Shown: piece by piece, positions 58,351 to 64,000 of the stretch
Layout of the letters: every line of letters begins with the position of its first letter
Numbering within the stretch: position 1 is the stretch's first letter
NCBI GenBank assembly: GCA_963674745.2
Contig: CAXXDV010000003.1
Span: 1,120,001 to 1,184,000, forward strand
Reading direction: 5' to 3'
Length of the DNA: 64,000 nt
Origin: Desulfosudaceae bacterium
Lineage (GTDB): Bacteria > Desulfobacterota > Desulfobacteria > Desulfobacterales > Desulfosudaceae
Notes under the pieces: model-generated
Databases searched by the model: none
Told to the model about the DNA's origin: nothing
What the model saw: only the letters and a program-made list of their open reading frames with translations
Made by a program: the position numbers and the translations under genes

Positions 58351-58756
58351 TTGAAATCTCATTGGTCTGATTATCTGTGGCGGGGAAAAATTCGATCAGG
58401 CTGTCCGCAATCATATGAATGCCAAGGGCAAGGCCTTGGGCAAAATCCCCCTGTTTAAAATTTTCGATCACCTTATCACGGATCGTCTCCCAGTGAGCGG
58501 TGCCCACTTTCCGGTGAATCCCTTCATCACCGTAAATCAGTATCCGCCGGTCCTTTTCTAAAATCAGCAGCAGCACCGAGTTGCGGTCTTTGGTTTGATC
58601 CAGATTGTACTTGCGAAACAGCCGCATGGCCTTTTTTCGAAAACCGAACCAGGCGCGTTTGGCGATGATGACCTTGAATTCCGCGGAGGTGAGTTTTTCC
58701 GCGGCCTCGATTTTGCGTTCGATTCTGCCGATCTCTTCATCCGTCAGTAGAGCCAT
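58328..58756 (-). CDS. TPM domain protein (DUF477-like)
   Basis: IEAAEKLTSAE, TKDRNSVLL, GDEGIH, NEISNEI. Confidence 0.88.
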   Translation of the reverse strand: MALLTDEEIGRIERKIEAAEKLTSAEFKVIIAKRAWFGFRKKAMRLFRKYNLDQTKDRNSVLLLILEKDRRILIYGDEGIHRKVGTAHWETIRDKVIENFKQGDFAQGLALGIHMIADSLIEFFPATDNQTNEISNEIIFEK

Positions 58757-58904
58757 ATTGTTCCCGAGTTTTTTGGATTTTTTATGTAGATAATTAAATG
58801 TATCGGATGAGCGGGGGGTTGTCAAATTATCCGGTTTTGTCTTGTCTTGACGAATCGTTTCTGGTGTATAACGATATTATGGGTCGTACATGACATAACG
58901 TATT

Positions 58905-59312
58905 GTAGGGGCATGCCCCTGTGCCTGCCCTGATGAAGGGCAACCACGGGGGGTTGCCCCTACGGACCGGGGTATGCGTCTATGGAATATTGTAGGGGCA
59001 GGCCCCTGTGCCTGCCCGCTGATGGGCAACCACGGGGGGTTGCCCCTACGGACCGGGGTATGCGTCTATGAAATAATGCAGGGGCAGGCCCCCGTACCTG
59101 CCCTGGTGAAGGGCAACCACGGGGGGTTGCCCCTACGGACCGGGGTATGCGTCTATGGAATATTGTAGGGGCAGGCCCCTGTGCCTGCCCGCTGATGGGC
59201 AACCACGGGGGGGGGGGTGCCCCTACGGACCGGGGTATGCGTCTATGAAATAATGCAGGGGCAGGCCCCCGTACCTGCCCGGTGAAGGGCTACCACTGGG
59301 GGTTGCCCCTAC
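58905..59312 (-). repeat. Array of 5 GTAG-REP doublets upstream of RAYT
   Basis: ~86 bp period; alternating A/B variants. Confidence 0.93.
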
Positions 59313-59386
59313 GGATCAAAAATATAAACGGGGAACCACGAAGGGACCCAATGCAATAAACACAAACACGTCAGGGAGGACGAAAT

Positions 59387-59956
59387 ATGATATTCAATTC
59401 CGAAAATCATCGTCGCCGATCAATTCGTTTAAAAAAATATGATTATTCAAAATCCGGTGCGTATTTTGTCACGGTATGTACGAAAAACCGGAAATGCCTT
59501 TTTGGAAAAATTGTGGACGGTAAAATGGTTTTGAATGTTGCCGGTTTGATGATTCAAATGGTTTGGGACGTAATACCGGGACATTATTGCGGTATAAAAA
59601 TCGATGAATTTGCCATCATGCCAAATCATATTCACGGCATTATCATTATTGTAGGGGCAGGCCCCTGTGCCTGCCCTGATGAAGGGCAACCACAGGGGGT
59701 TGCCCCTACATTATCGTTACCGGATGTTGTTCATCGTTTTAAAACCATAACCACGAAACAATATGTTGATGGAGTTAAACAAAGGGGTTGGACAAGGTTT
59801 TCCGGCAGATTGTGGCAACGTAATTATTATGAACATATTATCCGTGATGAGACTGAATTGAATCTGGCCAGGGAATATATCATAAATAATCCCCGGAAAT
59901 GGGATCTGGATCGGGAAAACCCGGATAATTATTATTGCAGGGACAGAGGCTTGTAA
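59387..59956 (+). CDS. rayT: REP-associated tyrosine transposase (RAYT, Y1 HUH)
   Basis: RRSIRL-YDYS-G-YFVT-CT; MPNHIHGI (HUH); WQRNYYEHIIR; YIINNP; flanked by cognate REPs. Confidence 0.93.
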   Translation: MIFNSENHRRRSIRLKKYDYSKSGAYFVTVCTKNRKCLFGKIVDGKMVLNVAGLMIQMVWDVIPGHYCGIKIDEFAIMPNHIHGIIIIVGAGPCACPDEGQPQGVAPTLSLPDVVHRFKTITTKQYVDGVKQRGWTRFSGRLWQRNYYEHIIRDETELNLAREYIINNPRKWDLDRENPDNYYCRDRGL

Positions 59957-59957
59957 T

Positions 59958-60120
59958 GTAGGGGCAGGCCCCCGTGCCTGCCCGGTGAAGGGCAACCACG
60001 GGGGGTTGCCCCTACGGGTCGGGGCAAAACGGGTAACCCGGGCCGGGGAGAGCGTTCATGAACAATGTAGGGGCAGGTTCCTGTGCCTGCCCGGTGAAGG
60101 GCGACCAGGTGAGGTTGCCC
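59958..60120 (-). repeat. GTAG-REP doublets downstream of RAYT
   Basis: One intact and one degenerate doublet. Confidence 0.9.
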
Positions 60121-60203
60121 TTTTTTTGTGGTGAAAGGCATTGATTGAAAAAGAAGACCCGTCGGTGATAGAATACGCCAAACAATATCACCGGAGGGTT
60201 TTT

Positions 60204-61022
60204 ATGATTACCATTACAGACCTGATGAACCTGTCGGATGAAGAACGGGCGAAATTGAAGAAAGGGGTAGTCAAGGAACTGGTCATCGGCGCCTGGGCGC
60301 CCCGGGAGCCGCAGATCATGAAGCTGCTGCTGAACACCCTGGGGCCGAAGAAGATATTTTCCCATAAAACGCTTCTTCGGCTTATCGATCGCCTGGTCGG
60401 TCTTTCTTTTTATACCCAGGTGGCCACGTACGAGGAGATGGTGACATTCATCAATTCCATCCCGGATGATTTTACGATTGTCTGCGGACCATGTGCCTGC
60501 CGCAAAAACACCCTGACCGAAGCCGGCAACGATGCCCGGGATTTCGCGGGCGGGCGGTTGGACCTGTGTCAGCCGTCGCCGCTGAACCTGGACATCCAGT
60601 TCGGGGTGTGCGGCGACAAATTCCAGTCTTGCGAGGGGTATGAACCCATCTCAAAGCAGGGGCTGCTGGAACTCGAGCAGCAGACCCGGAACATGGGGCT
60701 GGTATCAAATGTCTATCTCATGCTGGGCGGGGAGGGGAGTATCTGCCATTGTTCTTCGGCCACATGCGTGCCGCTGATCGTTTATAATCATTTAAACGAC
60801 AGCCGGGCCAAAGTGATCAAGAAGGGACAATACCTTGCCGTTACCGATCCGGCGGCCTGTGATAATGTCGGCGATTGCACCCGGGTCTGTCATTTCGGGG
60901 CCAGGACCCTGGTGGAAAAAGACGGTAAAGCGCAATTACGGTACGAGCCGGCCAGGTGTTATGGCTGCGGGTTGTGCGCTTATGTCTGCCCGAATGAGGC
61001 CATTACCATGATGCCCCGGTGA
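60204..61022 (+). CDS. 4Fe-4S ferredoxin domain protein
   Basis: PCACR, ICHCSSATC, CDNVGDCTRVCHFGA, CYGCGLCAYVCP; GGAGG RBS. Confidence 0.85.
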   Translation: MITITDLMNLSDEERAKLKKGVVKELVIGAWAPREPQIMKLLLNTLGPKKIFSHKTLLRLIDRLVGLSFYTQVATYEEMVTFINSIPDDFTIVCGPCACRKNTLTEAGNDARDFAGGRLDLCQPSPLNLDIQFGVCGDKFQSCEGYEPISKQGLLELEQQTRNMGLVSNVYLMLGGEGSICHCSSATCVPLIVYNHLNDSRAKVIKKGQYLAVTDPAACDNVGDCTRVCHFGARTLVEKDGKAQLRYEPARCYGCGLCAYVCPNEAITMMPR

Positions 61023-61372
61023 AGGGCGACCCGCCGGTCGCCCCTACGGGCCGGGGGTAAAATGGTTGATCACAGGAAATTGCACCTGCATTTGTTCACA
61101 AGCGGGCACGGCACGCCGTGCCCCTACGGGCCGTGGTGGGCGTCCATGAAATCGAGGTATGCGCTCATTAATATTGTAGGGGCAGGCCCCCGTGCCTGCC
61201 CTGATGAAGGGCAACCACAGGGGGTTGCCCCTACGGGCCGTGGGTAAAATGGTTGATCACAGGAAATTGCACCTACATTTGTTTACAAGCGGGCACGGCA
61301 CGCCGTGCCCCTACGGGCTCTGGATATAATGGGCAACCGAAGGGCATGACGGAAAGGAAGGAGGGGGTCGAT

Positions 61373-62035
61373 TTGTTTCCATTATTAAAAACACTGCAGT
61401 CTTTGAAGCGGGCGAAGCTGATCGGGTTGATTATGCTGTGCGCGGTTTGCGCCTTCTGCCTGGTGGTGGCGCTGGTGGTCGGGCTGACCTGGCTGGCCGC
61501 TTATTTTGTTAATTTTGAAACCGGCTGGCTGAACACCTTGTTCAATTCCGGGTTCGGGGTGGCCATGGGCGTTGGCGGCTGGTTTATGCTGCCGGTTTTT
61601 ACGGTGCTGATCGCCGGATTTTTCCAGGAAACGGTCATCAGGCGGGTGGATAAAGTTTATTATCCGGAATCACAGGCAAATGAAGCCCCGAGTTTCATGG
61701 CCGAATTGGTCCATGATATCAAGTTTACCTGTTTTGCTTTGTTTTTGAATGTCATTGTGCTGCCGTTGTACCTGATCGGGATCGGGTATGTGCTTTCCAT
61801 AGCTTTAAACAGTTACCTGCTGGGCCGGGAGTTTTTTGAAAGCGCGGCCGGATACCATATCGGCAAGGACGAGGCCGGAATGCTGGGCAAAAAGAACCGG
61901 CGGGCCCGGTACCTGGGGGGACTGATGGTTACGCTGATGACCCTGACACCGTTTGTTAACCTGTTTGCGCCTATTGTCGGAACCGTCTGGATGGTGCATG
62001 TGTATCAGGGGATTGCCGGCAAGAACGGGAGATAG
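61373..62035 (+). CDS. EI24/CysZ-like membrane protein
   Basis: TM helices, IAGFFQETVI, YLLGREFFE, PFVNLFAP; AAGGAGG RBS before TTG 61373 (alternative ATG 61346). Confidence 0.8.
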   Translation: MFPLLKTLQSLKRAKLIGLIMLCAVCAFCLVVALVVGLTWLAAYFVNFETGWLNTLFNSGFGVAMGVGGWFMLPVFTVLIAGFFQETVIRRVDKVYYPESQANEAPSFMAELVHDIKFTCFALFLNVIVLPLYLIGIGYVLSIALNSYLLGREFFESAAGYHIGKDEAGMLGKKNRRARYLGGLMVTLMTLTPFVNLFAPIVGTVWMVHVYQGIAGKNGR

Positions 62036-62281
62036 AGTTTTAGGTTCAAGGTCCAGGGTTTGATGTCTGGCCGTAGGGGCACGGCGTGCCGTGCCCTTTT
62101 GTCATGATTACGGGGTTTGGGTTTGGGGCACGGCACGCCGTGCCCGTACGGGTGTATCTGCCCCGCAGATTCGGGACCCGGATCTCGTCCGTGTCATCGT
62201 TTTTTTTTGGTAACAAAATAAAGAAATTGATATAATATAAACGTACGCTATTTGATTAACTTCATATAAGGACTGACGGTT

Positions 62282-62701
62282 ATGTTTACCAACATTCTCG
62301 TTCCCGTGGATTTTTCCGAAGACAACAAGAAAGCCCTGGATATCGCATTTTCCATGACCCGGCAGGACAATGGCGTCATCACCTTGCTTCATGTTATTGA
62401 AACCATTGATGACGCGGACTTCATGGAAATAAAGGACTTTTACGGCCAGCTTGAAAAACGCGCTACTGCAGCCATGGATAAACTGATGGTGTCGCTGGAG
62501 GGCGGTGATGTGACCATCAAGCAGAAAATCCTGTTCGGTAACCGGGCCGCCCAGATTCTGCAGTTTGCCCTTGAGCGCAAGGTCGATTTGATCGTGTTGA
62601 GTTCACACCGCATCGATCCCGAAGAACCGACCAGGGGCTGGGGCTCCATCAGCCATAAGGTGGGGATATTGAGCCAGTGCCCGGTGCTGCTGGTGAAGTA
62701 G
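62282..62701 (+). CDS. Universal stress protein
   Basis: NILVPVDFS, LLHVI, DLIVLSSH, GSIS-KV, CPVLLVK. Confidence 0.93.
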   Translation: MFTNILVPVDFSEDNKKALDIAFSMTRQDNGVITLLHVIETIDDADFMEIKDFYGQLEKRATAAMDKLMVSLEGGDVTIKQKILFGNRAAQILQFALERKVDLIVLSSHRIDPEEPTRGWGSISHKVGILSQCPVLLVK

Positions 62702-62808
62702 GGGTTAATGTGGTTAGGTGATTAAGTGGTTATGTAGACAGGGCTTGAGGTCGTAATTTAACCCGCTTCGCGGGGGAAATATCCAGGTTCAGGGACGTTC
62801 TCAATTGT

Positions 62809-63079
62809 TGTAGGGGCAGGCCCCCGTGCCTGCCCGGTTAAGGGCAACCACAGGGGGTTGCCCCTACGGACCGGGGAGAGCGTTCGTGAAATCGTGGTGG
62901 GCGTTCATGAAATAATGTAGGGGCAGGCCCCCGTGCCTGCCCGGTTAAGGGCGACCACAGGGGGTTGCCCCTACGGACCGGGGAGGGCGTTCGTGAAATC
63001 GTGGTGGGCGTTCATGAAATAATGTAGGGGCAGGCCCCCGTGCCTGCCCGGTTAAGGGCGACCCGCCGGTCGCCCCTAC
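62809..63079 (-). repeat. Array of 3 GTAG-REP doublets
   Basis: ~108 bp period. Confidence 0.92.
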
Positions 63080-63156
63080 GGGCCGTGGGTACAATGGTTG
63101 ATCACAGGTAATTGCGCCTACATGGTCCGGAATGACAGGAAACCGGCGTTGTTGTT

Positions 63157-63729
63157 TTGAATAAATTATTATCTATCTTAGCTGTTTTCTATGGCGTTAT
63201 CGTTTGCTGCCTTTTTCCGGTTTCAGGTCAGGCCGGGGAGGTGACGGGCATTTTCAGTTGCTCGGCAGGCGTGGTGGCCACCCATGACGACTTTGGCCGG
63301 GCATTTGAACTGGATGACCGGTTCGAGATCGGTGTCATGTGTGAGGCGGCCAAACCATCCTGGCCGGTCGGTATTGTAGCGGCATACAACCTGTCCTACG
63401 GTCATTCCAAAACTGCAGATATCTTCTACTCCGAGACCCGGCTGGGTCTTAAGAAGGCTTTGGACCTGCACCCATCGGTAAAGCCTTATATTGCCGGGGG
63501 ATTCAACAGCCTGAGCGTTTACGCGGATATCCCCGGTGATGATGACAATGAAGGTACTTACGGCACCTGGTACGGCGCCGGGGTCAACTTCAGGTTGACG
63601 GATACCTGGCATATCAACCTGGGCTGGCGCCGATCCAGGGTAAACATGAAGCTGTTCGGCGAACGCCTGCACGCCGGGGGGGACCATTTTGACTGGTCCA
63701 TCGGTTATCGTTTTCCACAATCGCAATAA
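63157..63729 (+). CDS. Outer membrane beta-barrel protein
   Basis: Signal peptide, KPYIAGG, YGAGVNF, SIGYRF. Confidence 0.75.
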   Translation: MNKLLSILAVFYGVIVCCLFPVSGQAGEVTGIFSCSAGVVATHDDFGRAFELDDRFEIGVMCEAAKPSWPVGIVAAYNLSYGHSKTADIFYSETRLGLKKALDLHPSVKPYIAGGFNSLSVYADIPGDDDNEGTYGTWYGAGVNFRLTDTWHINLGWRRSRVNMKLFGERLHAGGDHFDWSIGYRFPQSQ

Positions 63730-63733
63730 AGAC

Positions 63734-63777
63734 AAAAAAAAGAGTCAACGCCGAATCGGCGTTGACTCTCTTTCTTT
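63734..63777. terminator. Bidirectional intrinsic terminator
   Basis: A-run, AGAGTCAACGCCG-AAT-CGGCGTTGACTCT, T-rich tail; between convergent genes. Confidence 0.88.
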
Positions 63778-63800
63778 AAGCAGGGCCTCGAAATTTTTTA

Positions 63801-63998
63801 CTAATCACCGGTTACGATTGTGGTTGTTTTGTTGACAATGCCCAGCAGGGTGTCATAGTGGTAATCAACTGTTTTAACTTTGGAAATGCCACCGTTTGCG
63901 GCAGCCGTTGCGACGCTTGCATCACCGGTCGCAACCCACCCAAGATAGTTGACCATCTGGGCTTGCCCGGTTTTTGAGCCGATATCCAGCCCGCTGGC
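63801..63998 (-). CDS. TRL-like family protein, 3' part (start outside window)
   Basis: Frame not in the ORF track: GSKTGQAQMVNYLGWVATGDASVATAAANGGISKVKTVDYHYDTLLGIVNKTTTIVTGD*. Confidence 0.75.
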   Translation of the reverse strand, partial: ASGLDIGSKTGQAQMVNYLGWVATGDASVATAAANGGISKVKTVDYHYDTLLGIVNKTTTIVTGD

Positions 63999-64000
63999 AT

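Noticed and set aside
58862..58890. dif-like site (GTGTATAACGATATTATGG)
   Set aside because: Central spacer is 5 bp and the XerD arm does not match; better read as a promoter region
63812..64000. 62 aa ORF from the track
   Set aside because: Another minus-strand frame ending at 63801 gives a recognisable TRL-like protein

Overview
A bacterial chromosomal segment, probably from a Desulfobacterales-like deltaproteobacterium (inferred from gene content only). It has three zones. (1) 1-15.4 kb: accessory genes and gene fragments (radical SAM, AAA_14 ATPase, DUF1016/YhcG, MNT-HEPN pairs, KilA-N pieces, DUF4062-ATPase, a double AAA ATPase), each separated by GTAG-family REP doublet arrays and other short repeats. 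(2) 15.4-43.9 kb: an almost REP-free defence island. It holds an ADP-ribosylglycohydrolase, three tandem HNH nucleases with different N-terminal reader domains, a PLD-SNF2 helicase plus adenine methyltransferase, an intact IS66 sitting on a RAMA pseudogene, a TgvAB/GmrSD-like DUF262 pair with a WG-repeat gene, an AddAB-like pair, a WYL regulator and RhuM. (3) 43.9-64 kb: REP-rich again but with every repeat family in the opposite orientation. It carries ORF6N, GGDEF, MgtE, DUF748, a YadA-like adhesin, TPM genes and the cognate RAYT transposase, which has a REP doublet in frame inside it. Most notable: (a) four different DNA-binding protein families (DUF1016, KilA-N, RhuM, ORF6N) each carry a ~25-31 bp DNA palindrome that codes a short peptide segment; it co-varies on both arms between paralogues and also occurs as silent spare copies outside genes; (b) a candidate WYL operator T(C/T)GTTCC-N7-GGAA(C/T)GA links the WYL gene, the AddAB-like operon and an AAA ATPase operon 28 kb away; (c) one structured promoter/leader is reused in front of unrelated genes. 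All family calls are by motif recognition; no searches were run.
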